From a virus (lineage: Duplodnaviria; Caudoviricetes): DNA of 64,000 nt. The stretch lies in the IMG/VR virus record IMGVR_UViG_3300029288_000148, positions 11,773 to 75,772 of that record. One strand, written 5' to 3'. The translations under genes and the position numbers were made by a program. Positions 28,608 through 39,091 of this stretch are shown piece by piece. The notes under the pieces are model-generated. The model did not search any database. It was not told the DNA's origin and saw nothing but the letters and a program-made list of their open reading frames with translations. How positions within the stretch are numbered: the stretch's first letter is position 1; every line of letters starts with the position of its first letter.

Positions 28608-28918
28608 AACGTAATGATTGATAAGTTGTAATTGAAAGTAATATCATCTACGGATGCGTTATCAACTGTACAGTTTAACCTGAACACACCTGCATTATTG
28701 TCTGCGGCTATCGAAAGCCCCACATCATCGCCAAATGAATCAGGGTTATAATCCGGAGCGTCAAGCGCTCCTTTATTTAGGATGCTAAAACGCCCTGCCC
28801 TCCTTAAAGCACCTCGTATCGCCGACCATGCAACTATTATCCCATGATCCGTATTTGATGCACCAACATTTATGTTTGTTACAGCGTTGTGAGTGAGCGT
28901 ATCATGTAATGTTGCCAT
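28604..28918 (-). CDS. Small virion-type protein paralogous to the C-terminal domain of ORF 13976-16447, 104 aa
   Basis: Manual alignment: AVTNI.VG..TD...RG...G...I.NK..L...GD.VG..I...VD..S.DD...NY...ITL shared. Confidence 0.65.
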   Translation of the reverse strand: MATLHDTLTHNAVTNINVGASNTDHGIIVAWSAIRGALRRAGRFSILNKGALDAPDYNPDSFGDDVGLSIAADNNAGVFRLNCTVDNASVDDITFNYNLSIITL

Positions 28919-28925
28919 AAGAATA

Positions 28926-29255
28926 TTACTTTAAAAAGAATACTTGAAACTTACATCCGGCAGCAGGAACTAATTTCGTAAACCGTCCCGGGAAAAATAT
29001 ATTGTAAGGATAGGTGTATGTCAAATACTTTGCCGCTACGGGTGTCGATGCTCCTGCTTTCCCACCATGAGCAATAGTTGTTTGCTCCTCCATTTCATCG
29101 AAGGTGCCGCCTGCCGCATCTAAGCTTATGAAAGTAGTTACAATCCTCCCTCCGAGGTCTTCATTTACCCCTCCTTCAATAATATCAAAAGCTTCGGGGT
29201 TCCCTGCACCTCCGGCTATTATCTGTTTAGGGTCTTTAAAGTTTTGGTATCCCAT
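28926..29255 (-). CDS. Hypothetical virion-associated protein, 109 aa
   Basis: ORF in structural operon, C-terminal PGRFTKL beta motif. Confidence 0.5.
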   Translation of the reverse strand: MGYQNFKDPKQIIAGGAGNPEAFDIIEGGVNEDLGGRIVTTFISLDAAGGTFDEMEEQTTIAHGGKAGASTPVAAKYLTYTYPYNIFFPGRFTKLVPAAGCKFQVFFLK

Positions 29256-29295
29256 GATTTTATAATTTTTATTGTAAAATTAATCAAATTTCTAT

Positions 29296-29333
29296 CAAAC
29301 AAAGACACCGGATGCGATAACATACCCGGTGTC
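29296..29333 (-). terminator. Intrinsic terminator-like hairpin
   Basis: GACACCGG (29304-29311) / CCGGTGTC (29326-29333) stem followed by TTTGTTTG on the minus strand. Confidence 0.6.
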
Positions 29334-29379
29334 TAAAATCATAGCCTGAAATGAAAGATAATTCTCATCGTTCAATGTT

Positions 29380-30279
29380 TCATGTCTCCACGTCTTCACT
29401 GACAACAACTCTCGTTTTCCTTGCCTTTCCAACAAGATCAACCATCTCCTGAAAGTTCTTGTTGCCGTTATAATAGTCCAAAAGGACCTGGTGCGGGTCT
29501 GATCCCGGAGTTATCTTGCATATTCCTTCGACCTTCTTACCAGCTTCAACCCACTGCCATTCCTTCTTCGATCCGTCAAACTTGATTCTTCCGGCATCAA
29601 TAAGGCTTTGGATCTTCACTCTTACCTTCAGATAATCTTCCGATCCGGAGATGTCAATAAAATGTGCATAACCTTTGTCGCCATTTCTTTTGATAACATG
29701 ATCAAGGGCAATCTTCACCTGTGGAAATGTCAACTGATCAACATTTTTCACAAAATACGACTTGGCAATAGCTCTCAGTCGTTCTTCTGGCAGTCCAATA
29801 TCTTTCCCAAATATCAATGCGCTTGCCTGTGATCTCAGCGATTCAGCATCGGCTCTCTTTTCTGCTTCGGAAATGAGGTCCTCAAACATAAACTTATGCG
29901 TTTTCCCGGGACTTTTCCCATTTTGACAAAACTGCGACTTCATATAAAGAAACCAAGCAAGCTCTTTGTCCTTCTCTTCGAGTACAAGCGCTCCATTAAA
30001 CCGTAAGTTTTTCGGGACAAACTTTCTCACTCCATGCTCTTTGACGATCACATTATTCGCATATCTCCATACCTCTGAGCCGGTAGGTGTATGAACAACG
30101 GACCTTAATGGGAAAGACATAGAATTAGGCTTATCAGGCAATTTGTTTTGTGCGGTCCTGCTTTTTTTTACTCTCCCTTCCGGATAAACAATTTTCAAAG
30201 GAAACCTTTTAAATTTGTCATAAAGCGGTTTCATGTCGTTCGGTGCCAACTGATACATCTCATCATTCTTGTATAACAT
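29380..30279 (-). CDS. Conserved Crass-type head-associated protein downstream of MCP, 299 aa
   Basis: Size and position match the conserved post-MCP gene of Crassvirales-type head modules. Confidence 0.55.
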   Translation of the reverse strand: MLYKNDEMYQLAPNDMKPLYDKFKRFPLKIVYPEGRVKKSRTAQNKLPDKPNSMSFPLRSVVHTPTGSEVWRYANNVIVKEHGVRKFVPKNLRFNGALVLEEKDKELAWFLYMKSQFCQNGKSPGKTHKFMFEDLISEAEKRADAESLRSQASALIFGKDIGLPEERLRAIAKSYFVKNVDQLTFPQVKIALDHVIKRNGDKGYAHFIDISGSEDYLKVRVKIQSLIDAGRIKFDGSKKEWQWVEAGKKVEGICKITPGSDPHQVLLDYYNGNKNFQEMVDLVGKARKTRVVVSEDVET

Positions 30280-30309
30280 AACTTTTGTATTAATTAGTTA
30301 ATCATTCTT

Positions 30310-30438
30310 TTATTTTGCTCTCTTGCGGCCTACTGGTCTTCCAATTGGTCCCCGGCCTTGTCCTTTGCCAAGCCCCATTCCCTGCCCTTTGCTTTTTATC
30401 TTCGATCCGGGGCATGGTTTGTTTGTAGCTTTTTTCAT
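30310..30438 (-). CDS. Small K/G/R-rich basic protein, 42 aa
   Basis: Manual translation MKKATNKPCPGSKIKSKGQGMGLGKGQGRGPIGRPVGRKRAK. Confidence 0.55.
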   Translation of the reverse strand: MKKATNKPCPGSKIKSKGQGMGLGKGQGRGPIGRPVGRKRAK

Positions 30439-30457
30439 TTCAATATTTATTTTTTAT

Positions 30458-30487
30458 TAAAAAAGCCGGTGTTTCTCGGCCACCGGC
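30458..30487 (-). terminator. Intrinsic terminator after the major capsid gene
   Basis: GCCGGTG/CACCGGC stem (30465-30487) followed by a T-run on the minus strand. Confidence 0.7.
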
Positions 30488-30508
30488 AGCCGTCCATATC
30501 TGGATCTC

Positions 30509-31888
30509 TTAGGAGGGTTCCATAAGAAGAAACTGGTTTCCACCACGGAAATGTGCGCCGATATGTGCACGCATATAAGTGTTCCTGCTGTCAAATTCTG
30601 TGACTTTCAGACCTTCGCCTGCGCCACCTACCTGCCATACTTCCATCCTGCGGTTATACTTACCAAGACCACGGTAACGGCATCCTATTGATGCAACCAT
30701 ATTACCGGAAACAGGATCCTTACGTCTGTTGATAGGCATCCAAATACCTAACTGCGGAGCCTCATATCCTGCGGCACCATAGAGTTTCGGATTATTGAAA
30801 ACGCCCATCCTTTTCATAAGGAACGTCCTTTCGGACTTCGTAAGGTAAGTAAAGTTGACCGATGCACTCAGAGCTTCATTGCTGTTGAAAAGCACCGAAT
30901 TAGTTGCCTGTTTTGCATAATTGATGTTTGTGTTGGCAAAATAGGTAACAAGTGAATTTTCAATGTCCTGATGAAGTGTTATCCCCAAGAGGCCAAGAAT
31001 GTAATTCCCTGCATGTTCACGGTCAAGGGTATTGTCCATTTCGTCAAATTCATCAATGTCAAATGCCCCTGATGTATATGACTGTTCGTTTCCTACCCTG
31101 CGGATATATGGTACCAGACCTTCGGTTGTCTTAATCGGCCTTCCGGTATCTGGGTCAATAAGTCCGGTGGTATTGGTTGTGATCTTGTTCCACAGAAGTG
31201 CACCGTCAATTTTCAGTGCCATTCTGTAGTCAATGTCAACCTGACCAAGAAAATAATATGCGGGAATAGCCTGTCCTCTGGATGTCACATTAAACCATGT
31301 CTGGTTCACCATTTCTGTTCCGGTGTTACCAATGGTTTCTTTGATGATCTGAGCCACATTGTCATATCTCCATACTCCCCGAAGGGCTGCGTCCGGCTGT
31401 CCTGATCCTTCTGACCAAGCGTCGGTAAAGATCACAAGCTCATCACCTGCTGTAAGTGCAGGAAACTGATCAGAAACCTCATTGGGTTCGCAAGTGATTA
31501 TCGGTGCTGTCGGATCGGTAACGTCAATGTCAACAATCGATCCCGGTACTTCGTTCTGGAATAATATCTGATCCCAAAGACGAGGATAATAATTGTTGTT
31601 TACGTCAAGGTCAATAGTGTCAAGCGTAAATGAAATAGGATCGCCGACTGCCGGCTGTACCACATTCTCTTTTACGTGAATTATTTCATGGATACGGTTT
31701 TCTTCCCAGTGTCCATATTCATCCAGCGATACTTGTTCTTCAAATCCCATGGATCTGAGTAGCTGGAAATAAGATGCTCCCTGATCTCCAAAACGGCTGA
31801 AAAGCACGTTCTGATTTTCTGGCTTGTGAATATCAAAGCCTGATACGATGTCAGAGGCGTATATTTGTGCAATAGCTTCTGGTCCCAT
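30509..31888 (-). CDS. Major capsid protein (HK97 fold, Crassvirales-type), 459 aa
   Basis: Size, order terminase-portal-scaffold-MCP, motifs NVAQIIKETIGNTGT, KTTEGLVPYI and SVNFTYL; followed by a strong terminator. Confidence 0.85.
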   Translation of the reverse strand: MGPEAIAQIYASDIVSGFDIHKPENQNVLFSRFGDQGASYFQLLRSMGFEEQVSLDEYGHWEENRIHEIIHVKENVVQPAVGDPISFTLDTIDLDVNNNYYPRLWDQILFQNEVPGSIVDIDVTDPTAPIITCEPNEVSDQFPALTAGDELVIFTDAWSEGSGQPDAALRGVWRYDNVAQIIKETIGNTGTEMVNQTWFNVTSRGQAIPAYYFLGQVDIDYRMALKIDGALLWNKITTNTTGLIDPDTGRPIKTTEGLVPYIRRVGNEQSYTSGAFDIDEFDEMDNTLDREHAGNYILGLLGITLHQDIENSLVTYFANTNINYAKQATNSVLFNSNEALSASVNFTYLTKSERTFLMKRMGVFNNPKLYGAAGYEAPQLGIWMPINRRKDPVSGNMVASIGCRYRGLGKYNRRMEVWQVGGAGEGLKVTEFDSRNTYMRAHIGAHFRGGNQFLLMEPS

Positions 31889-31945
31889 TTTATTAAAATG
31901 TTTTTAAAATGTTTTACATAAATACTTTCGCCTCTTACTTACTGT

Positions 31946-33133
31946 TTAGATCCTGCCCATCTCGGCTTCAAAAATCTTCTTGGCTTGCTCATCCCTCTCA
32001 TCAGGCTGTTCGACTTGCTTACCTGCCGTATCTTCCGGACTAATAGGAGAAGGATTGTGATATTTCTCCCTTACCTCTTTATCTGTAAGACTTCGCGCTT
32101 TCTCAAATACGGTGTGCAAAATCTTATCAAAATTCCTCATGATGATCTCAGAATACATAAACTTAGCCGTGTTTGTGATATTATCATTACTGGCATCCAT
32201 GCGTTTGCCTACGGCGTTATTAATGGCTTCTGATTCGATAGCCTTCATAACATCTTCCGAAACAACGAAATTTGTCAAAGGCTCTTTCGATCCGGGAAGG
32301 TAAAGGGGTATCTGAGATAATTTCTCTCCCATTGCCCTGCTTGCAGTACTCCAAATGGTTTTTGCCTGTGTTTCCTGCTCTGGGGTCCATTTCTGATCTT
32401 TTACATCCTCATCCTGGACAGGTTCGGGAAGTTTTAATTTCCCTTTCAACTCCTGGAGTTTAACTTTGGCTCTATGGCCTTCTTCGGCCAAACCAATCTT
32501 ATTAACCTCCAATTCATCTTCTTCAACTGATTCAGGATCCACATTGAACGTCTTCTCGATGTGCTTGCGAAGCTGTGGTTCCCTACTGGCGAGATTTGGG
32601 TTTTCCATAAGTCTTGATAGCACAATAGCATCCATGTCATCCATGTTTGCCATATCTGCGCTGTTAAGCCTGCTGAAAACATCAAAACTCTTAATTCCCG
32701 TATTCCTTACAAACTCATTGAATAAAGCCACGTCATCATTCGCGAAATTTGTTTTTGGCTTTATAGAGAGCTTGCTGCTCAATTCTTCCTTTTCTGCAGA
32801 AAGAGATTCGATCTGCTGTCTCAGCGTCTCAACCTCTTTAAGTCTTTCCGGGATATTTATTTTTTTCAGATCCTCCACTGAAGTAAACTGATCACCGAAA
32901 ATCTCTTTCAGTATGCCAGTCTCGTCAGGTTTGGATCCTGCTTCGCTCGTTGGTTTATTTTCTACCGGAGGTGCTGCCGGGACTGCCGGGGCTGCCGGGG
33001 TCACTGGTGGCTGCTCCGTCTTCTGAGGTGGTGTTTCTCCGATCTGACTCATCAGTTCGCCCACATCAATACCCTCAATGCCTTTCAACGCCTCAAATTC
33101 TGCCTGTCTGCCTTCTGGAATTTTTTTACTCAT
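31946..33133 (-). CDS. Putative scaffolding protein, 395 aa
   Basis: Acidic, Pro-rich, coiled-coil protein between portal and MCP. Confidence 0.6.
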   Translation of the reverse strand: MSKKIPEGRQAEFEALKGIEGIDVGELMSQIGETPPQKTEQPPVTPAAPAVPAAPPVENKPTSEAGSKPDETGILKEIFGDQFTSVEDLKKINIPERLKEVETLRQQIESLSAEKEELSSKLSIKPKTNFANDDVALFNEFVRNTGIKSFDVFSRLNSADMANMDDMDAIVLSRLMENPNLASREPQLRKHIEKTFNVDPESVEEDELEVNKIGLAEEGHRAKVKLQELKGKLKLPEPVQDEDVKDQKWTPEQETQAKTIWSTASRAMGEKLSQIPLYLPGSKEPLTNFVVSEDVMKAIESEAINNAVGKRMDASNDNITNTAKFMYSEIIMRNFDKILHTVFEKARSLTDKEVREKYHNPSPISPEDTAGKQVEQPDERDEQAKKIFEAEMGRI

Positions 33134-33166
33134 AGCAAGTGTTTAAGTTTTACAAATTTATGAAAA

Positions 33167-35485
33167 TTATTTTGCCGATTGTCCTGTTGCCGCACCCTGC
33201 GGAATTGCCGTCTTCTCTATTGCGTTCATAGTTGTCTGTAACGCAATCATTTCCTTTTCTCTTTCAAACTTTATAGCCTCGTATTTCTCTGTTAATTCCA
33301 ACTCCGCTGCTTTGTATCTTATCTTTTCGTCTGTCTCAATCCTAAGCCTTTCAATTTCCGTCTGATTCTTTAATTGTATTCCCTCCAATTCCCTCTGCTT
33401 ATCCAAAAGCATGTTTTCTCTTTGCAGTTGAAGTTGTTTTTCTTTGTTCTTTCTGCTTCGATAATTGAGAAATGCTTCGGCATATTTCAGGTTTCCATTT
33501 TCAAGAAGTCTTTCGATGAGGAGAAAATCTGAAAGCTCAATACTTTTCGTTCCGTCCTGATCGGGTGTCATGGCTGTCATGGCTGCCTGTAAAATAACTT
33601 CCTTGCGTTTCTCTGTGGGTTTTGCCTCGTATTTGATATAATAGTTTGCATCAACAACGTCTGCGCTAACGCTTACTATTTGTACCCCTACTCTGCCAAG
33701 GACCGGGATGTATCCTTCATAAGCTTTTTTGTTATGTTTTATTAAGAGTTGCATGCGCATAGCTGCGTTCTTAGCCACCCTTTCCTTTACGTTGATATAA
33801 GCTGCATATATCGGTCTTAATGCGTTATTTGTTGCGGCAATGGCTAATTCTGAACCTCCTACAGACTGTTCTGGGTTAGGGTTTGACGCATCGGCGATCT
33901 GGTTTACTCCGGTTACTTCCCTGATGAAGTTGATATATAAATCGAAAATCTTTATAAACTCGTCAAGCTGTCCTCCAATACCTCCTTGTAACTCCTGTAT
34001 TGGCCGGTATCCTCCGGGAATGTTTGGCTGCCCCTTGTGGGTTGTTGCCTTGTAAATAAGATCACCTGTTTCCTTGCGCATCTGCAGAAGCTCCAATGGC
34101 TCCATCTTATTGCCGCCAAGCTTCATGTTTTGCAGTGCAGTATATTCTATCGATATTCCCGAAGGGGCTGCTTGTGCAAGTGCGTTTTGTAGTTTTATGT
34201 GAGCAAGTGCTATTTGGTGAAGACAGGGCTCTGCAGACTGAACAATAGCTTTATCCGGACGACTGTAAAAATGATAGGAAAGGTTTACTTCTTTATCTCC
34301 GGGCCTTGGTATGTCATGCTGCAACCCAAAATCAAAGACAATGTTTGTTCCGACAACCCATTTGGCTTTATAGACAACGTGAATATCATAAACATCTGTT
34401 TTGCGCTTATCGGTAGCCTTAACCGTTCCCCATTCTTCTTCGTATGTAAGCTCGTCCCCGTACTGATTCTTCCTTGTCGTCCAATATTCGCTATTAACAG
34501 ACTTAAACTCGAAATCCAAAACATCGAGCATGAAATCGCTCCACTTACAAGTACTGGTAAGTTTTGAAAATTCCGCCCCAAGGTCCATATCGTTAAGCTG
34601 TGGGTTGCCATTTACTGCATTAAACTTCTTTGCGGCTTTTTGTAGTTCGGCAATATCCACATTTGGATCCTGTTTTGCAATCTCGTTTACTGACATCTGC
34701 AAAAGCTCTCCGGCCCAGACCATACCTTTAGAATCATAAGACTTTGATCTCTGTCCAATAAACATTACCGGATCAACATATCTGCTTTTAACTTTCTTAG
34801 AAAAATTATCTGTATAGTCTTTTGCGCAACAGGCATGAAAAGTCACAAAATCTCTTATAAGCCTCCGCTTAACTTCCTTCCAATCGGATATATAAAACGT
34901 ATAATCAAGCCCTTCTTCCAACTCGGTCTCCCTGCTCAGTTTAAATCCTCCCATGCCGGAATAAAGATCAAGCTCATCAACCGATTCTGGCATAAACTGT
35001 GCGCCGCTTTCAATGCCAAGCCCCTTTTCGATCTCACTAACTATGTCGTGGAACTTCATGTTAAAGGCTGTGCGTAACTTTAATTCCTCTTTCTCCCCTG
35101 TGCTTTTCGGATCAACGGCAGTAGCGACTACCTGATGCTCTGTTTGCTCCATCATGCCCTCAATGACACGCATGAATTTTGGCATTACGGAAAATACATC
35201 AAAGGAAACATTCATATACCCTTCCATGCTGCCATCTGCCTCGCTTTCATCAAGGAGTATTTTTTGATAACGAAGGACATCCTGATTGCCATTTGCCAGG
35301 TCTCTTAACTCAGAAATTTCTTTTAGCTTGTTGTAGGGGATACAGGTACGATCTTTTAACCACAGGGAAATAATTGCCTCACCATATTTTTTTGCCCATT
35401 CCTTGTTCTTTTTCTTTGGGTTGATATTATCTTCCGGAAAAGAATATGAGCCTGTTGTATATTGTTCGTAATAGGGTAATGCCAT
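33167..35485 (-). CDS. Portal protein (Crassvirales-type), 772 aa
   Basis: Follows terminase; FSVMPKF..VIEG, AIVQSAEP.LHQIALAHIKLQ, GVNQIADAS and C-terminal coiled-coil crown. Confidence 0.85.
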   Translation of the reverse strand: MALPYYEQYTTGSYSFPEDNINPKKKNKEWAKKYGEAIISLWLKDRTCIPYNKLKEISELRDLANGNQDVLRYQKILLDESEADGSMEGYMNVSFDVFSVMPKFMRVIEGMMEQTEHQVVATAVDPKSTGEKEELKLRTAFNMKFHDIVSEIEKGLGIESGAQFMPESVDELDLYSGMGGFKLSRETELEEGLDYTFYISDWKEVKRRLIRDFVTFHACCAKDYTDNFSKKVKSRYVDPVMFIGQRSKSYDSKGMVWAGELLQMSVNEIAKQDPNVDIAELQKAAKKFNAVNGNPQLNDMDLGAEFSKLTSTCKWSDFMLDVLDFEFKSVNSEYWTTRKNQYGDELTYEEEWGTVKATDKRKTDVYDIHVVYKAKWVVGTNIVFDFGLQHDIPRPGDKEVNLSYHFYSRPDKAIVQSAEPCLHQIALAHIKLQNALAQAAPSGISIEYTALQNMKLGGNKMEPLELLQMRKETGDLIYKATTHKGQPNIPGGYRPIQELQGGIGGQLDEFIKIFDLYINFIREVTGVNQIADASNPNPEQSVGGSELAIAATNNALRPIYAAYINVKERVAKNAAMRMQLLIKHNKKAYEGYIPVLGRVGVQIVSVSADVVDANYYIKYEAKPTEKRKEVILQAAMTAMTPDQDGTKSIELSDFLLIERLLENGNLKYAEAFLNYRSRKNKEKQLQLQRENMLLDKQRELEGIQLKNQTEIERLRIETDEKIRYKAAELELTEKYEAIKFEREKEMIALQTTMNAIEKTAIPQGAATGQSAK

Positions 35486-35516
35486 TACAGGAAATTTTGT
35501 ATAAAATTACAATAAT

Positions 35517-37769
35517 TTAATGAATCCTTGCGTACATGGGATATTTCCTTTTTTTGACAAACTTATCAAGTGAATATTCCTCATTATCAAGTTTGGCTAT
35601 CTCGTCATAGATGCCATGGGTGCCAAGAAGCGCATAACCTCCGGCTGTAAATAAGTCCCAATTGGTCATATCCTCTGGTCCCTCAATATCTCTGCACTCC
35701 TCGAGTACCTCGGAATGCTTCTCTATGTCGGCCTCATTTTCGATCCATGTCATATACTCCGTGAAAATATCCTGCTTGATCTTTTCTCCGGTCTGCCCTC
35801 CTGGTGTCTTGCCAAACTCAAAGGTTTTTGGATCCACTTTGTAAAGCAAGTATCCGCTATATCCACGACTGTCAAAATAGTCCCAAAGGAATGGCACGTT
35901 TATTTCCGGGAACATCTGCACCCCGTAATAAACGCACATCATCAGCATATCTTCGCCATAAAGGTTTTTGTCAAAGGTTCTGTTTGAATAAGTACAGGCA
36001 AAGGATCTTTTCATAGAAAAATCGCCATCTTTTATCTGGCCCTTCTTAATGACTGCGCCACCACCATTGGATTTTCTATTTTGTTCTGTCTTGTTAAACT
36101 TAAATGGGTCTCCTCCGGCCACTCCCCATTGCATGTTCCCAGGCTTCCAGCACTCTTCCTCGTCACTCCACCATTTCCTGTTTGATTCGCCCTCATTTAG
36201 CTGGTGACTAACAATAAACTTGCCATTTGTTTTCGGTACAAAGACTACTTTTGTGTCTTTTTCGTTGTTCTTCCAGACAAAATCTCCCCTTACAGTAAGT
36301 CCCTTGGCAAAAGACAACTCATCAATGTATGATTCAAGTTTGTGCATGTTAAACCCGGAAGATTTTGCTGCTGTCCTGAAACATTCCGCAAACCGTAATG
36401 GGTAAAGTCTTATTTCTTCTGATAAACCCTCCTGATCCCCGGCATCGATATACCCTTTGCGCCGGTTCATAAGGTATTCTCTCGCCCCAATCCTTCTTCC
36501 AATAAACTCTGCCTGCTGTTTTGTAGGATTGTGAATAATACTCATGCCATACTCGTCAATAAACCCCTGTAATCCATCATCTGCTGGCATAAATAATACT
36601 GCAAGCCCTGATCGTGTCTGTCCATTGGGTGTTCTTTCATAATAATTACTCATCTGGCACTGATGCTTGAATATCCGACCACCCCCACGCTCCATCTCGC
36701 CGACTGTTGAGGTTTTTATGGTAAAACCAATGATCTCCGATCCCATTACAAGGCACTCTTTGACAACCGTGTGCCGGTCCCAGCACGAAAGACCTTTTTT
36801 CAGCTTTCCAACCTCATCGTCATGATGAAAATAAAGCTTATCCCCGTCATACGCTGACGGATCGGCCATCTCGAAGTTTATTCCTGATTCAAGACCAAGC
36901 TCTGACATTGATAATGATCCCCGGGAGGATAGTCTTTTTGCCGGTGGTGCAAAGGAAAGCTCTGCTTTTGGAGAAGTAGATCCTTCATAGTTCGGTTTAA
37001 AGAAGAATGGCAGTTTCTTCCATGGGCCTACAAGGTGCCTTAGAAAGCATTTGCGGGCCTGAACATCGTTCATGGACTGAATACCTCCCCACGCACCAAG
37101 CGTTCGGCTTATAATCTCGTAGTTAATACATTCAGCCTTATATGTCGCTCCTTCACGTCTGTGTTTAGGGTAGTTGAAACCATAAAAGAGCCTTTTGCCA
37201 AATTCTATCCATTCATAGTCGCCGTATTTGTTTTTTACAGCAAACCCCTTTGCATTACACTCAGGGGCTTTTGTCTCAGTGAATATTTTCCGGGCAAATA
37301 AGAAGAACCTTCGGTCCCGGTCCCTGTATTTTGGCAGTCCAACATCAATATTCCACCATCCGCAATAGAAATAATGCCATCCATCAATGTATGTAGGCTT
37401 GCCATTATTGAAAAACCAGTATCCATTTAGCCTGTGGTACCATGCTTTCTCAATAAACTCGATCTCTTTGTCATAAATGTCCTTATTATTCTCAAGCTCC
37501 TCCCAAATCTCATCAAGGGTTTCAAATTTTGACTGTAATTCCTTTAGTCTTTTCGGTATTTTGGGCGGTTGCCACTTCTGTTGCTCTGCCGGTACGCCAA
37601 ATCCATCGATCAAATGATATTCCGGTGGCGCGGGAAGGTCTATTCGTATTGGAGTAAGGTCTTTATCGTCCGTGTTTACCCATAAATACCTGTCGGCCTC
37701 GTCATACTCCCCAAGTATCCGAGGGTCAACTTCCTTTCCATAGCGTTTTATGAGATATAATGGATTCAT
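35517..37769 (-). CDS. terL: Terminase large subunit, 750 aa
   Basis: KHRREGAT Walker-A variant, HHDDEVGK Walker-B region, GGDPF nuclease motif, WDLFTAGGYALL C-terminus. Confidence 0.9.
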   Translation of the reverse strand: MNPLYLIKRYGKEVDPRILGEYDEADRYLWVNTDDKDLTPIRIDLPAPPEYHLIDGFGVPAEQQKWQPPKIPKRLKELQSKFETLDEIWEELENNKDIYDKEIEFIEKAWYHRLNGYWFFNNGKPTYIDGWHYFYCGWWNIDVGLPKYRDRDRRFFLFARKIFTETKAPECNAKGFAVKNKYGDYEWIEFGKRLFYGFNYPKHRREGATYKAECINYEIISRTLGAWGGIQSMNDVQARKCFLRHLVGPWKKLPFFFKPNYEGSTSPKAELSFAPPAKRLSSRGSLSMSELGLESGINFEMADPSAYDGDKLYFHHDDEVGKLKKGLSCWDRHTVVKECLVMGSEIIGFTIKTSTVGEMERGGGRIFKHQCQMSNYYERTPNGQTRSGLAVLFMPADDGLQGFIDEYGMSIIHNPTKQQAEFIGRRIGAREYLMNRRKGYIDAGDQEGLSEEIRLYPLRFAECFRTAAKSSGFNMHKLESYIDELSFAKGLTVRGDFVWKNNEKDTKVVFVPKTNGKFIVSHQLNEGESNRKWWSDEEECWKPGNMQWGVAGGDPFKFNKTEQNRKSNGGGAVIKKGQIKDGDFSMKRSFACTYSNRTFDKNLYGEDMLMMCVYYGVQMFPEINVPFLWDYFDSRGYSGYLLYKVDPKTFEFGKTPGGQTGEKIKQDIFTEYMTWIENEADIEKHSEVLEECRDIEGPEDMTNWDLFTAGGYALLGTHGIYDEIAKLDNEEYSLDKFVKKRKYPMYARIH

Positions 37770-37775
37770 TTATAG

Positions 37776-38420
37776 TCAATTGTGTATAAATAGCGGGCGC
37801 TTTATGCTTCTTATTCTCAAATTTGATTTTCTGCAATATTCTGAACATTTTACCGCATAGATACCATCGGCCTCTACCTTTACGCTGTCAAATCCCACCT
37901 TCTTCGCCACATCAACCCGGACAATAAACGACCCCATATCTATCTGTCCAACTTTGATATGAGTTTGGAGAACATCATAGTTAATGTAATTGTGCACAGT
38001 GTCACAATAAACCATACCTACCTGAGTTTTTGCCGCATTAAACATATACTCTACAAATTTAGGCACATAATAATTGTCATCATTGGTAATAAGCACAAAA
38101 TCTTTATGGTTGAAAGCCAGTTTCGATAATCCATAATTCCGGTTTGGATGTCCGTATTGCCCGAGTCTCTTTGGTGTTTCTTCAAACTTTATTCGCGGGT
38201 CACAATAACTGCTAATGATTTTCTTGATCTTGTCTGATGCTGGTCCATCGTGAATAATATGCAACTCCCAATTAGGGTTTGTTTGAGTTAGCAAACAATC
38301 GATCATTATTCGGAGCGGTATTGCCCGCTCAAAGGCTACACAAATAATGTAAAGTTTCATCATTTTGTCATTATTTTCTGAATATACTTCCAGTATTGGG
38401 TGTCTGGAATATAAACACAT
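37776..38420 (-). CDS. Glycosyltransferase family 2
   Basis: QTNPNWELHIIHDG, NRNYGL, TNDDNYYVP (DxD-like), DGIY; likely start at MMKLYIIC. Confidence 0.85.
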   Translation of the reverse strand: MCLYSRHPILEVYSENNDKMMKLYIICVAFERAIPLRIMIDCLLTQTNPNWELHIIHDGPASDKIKKIISSYCDPRIKFEETPKRLGQYGHPNRNYGLSKLAFNHKDFVLITNDDNYYVPKFVEYMFNAAKTQVGMVYCDTVHNYINYDVLQTHIKVGQIDMGSFIVRVDVAKKVGFDSVKVEADGIYAVKCSEYCRKSNLRIRSIKRPLFIHN

Positions 38421-39091
38421 TCTTTTTTATCCCAAATCCAATTTCTTTTCTCCCAATCAAGATAATGACCACCCCAGACCTTGTGCATGCCATTTTCCCA
38501 AGCCTTTCTTCTTCTTTTTAACTTCTCAATGCTTTGCTCTTTTGGCTTACATGCTCCATAATTGACAATTACCCCATTAACCATTTTTGGTCTTTGCTCT
38601 GGCAGGGATATTGCATCAGCTCCAATTTTAAAATCCGGGTGATATTTTGCAACCATATACCTTACTTTTGCCTGGGGTATTCCGTAAAAGAAATGGTCTT
38701 GCATAGGAAGTGCAAACTTTTCTCCTGTATTAACCACTTCAAGAACCTTTAGGAGTAAATAATTATAATTCTGTTTATCGGCATGCCAGATCATCTCCTT
38801 TATGGGCTCATCAAAAATAAAATACATATCTGCAGCAGTATAAATAAACCAATCTGGCTTAACTTTGTGTATCTCCTGAATGAGTGCTTTTTGAAGCATG
38901 GGCAACTCAAACATACCATTTGTATCAAACCGAACAACCCTCATTTGTTGCTTTAACAAATACTCATAAGTTCCATCAGTTGACATATTATCTACAAAAA
39001 CGAAGTCACATCCCTGAGATCGATAATATTCAATAAATTCCGGAAGATATGGTCTTTCATTATATACAAATAGGCATGCAAATATTTTCAT
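38360..39091 (-). CDS. Glycosyltransferase (GT2-like, Glyco_tranf_2_4 type), 243 aa
   Basis: VYNERPYLPEFIEYY...FVDNMSTDGT...DWFIYTAADMY. Confidence 0.8.
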   Translation of the reverse strand: MKIFACLFVYNERPYLPEFIEYYRSQGCDFVFVDNMSTDGTYEYLLKQQMRVVRFDTNGMFELPMLQKALIQEIHKVKPDWFIYTAADMYFIFDEPIKEMIWHADKQNYNYLLLKVLEVVNTGEKFALPMQDHFFYGIPQAKVRYMVAKYHPDFKIGADAISLPEQRPKMVNGVIVNYGACKPKEQSIEKLKRRRKAWENGMHKVWGGHYLDWEKRNWIWDKKECVYIPDTQYWKYIQKIMTK

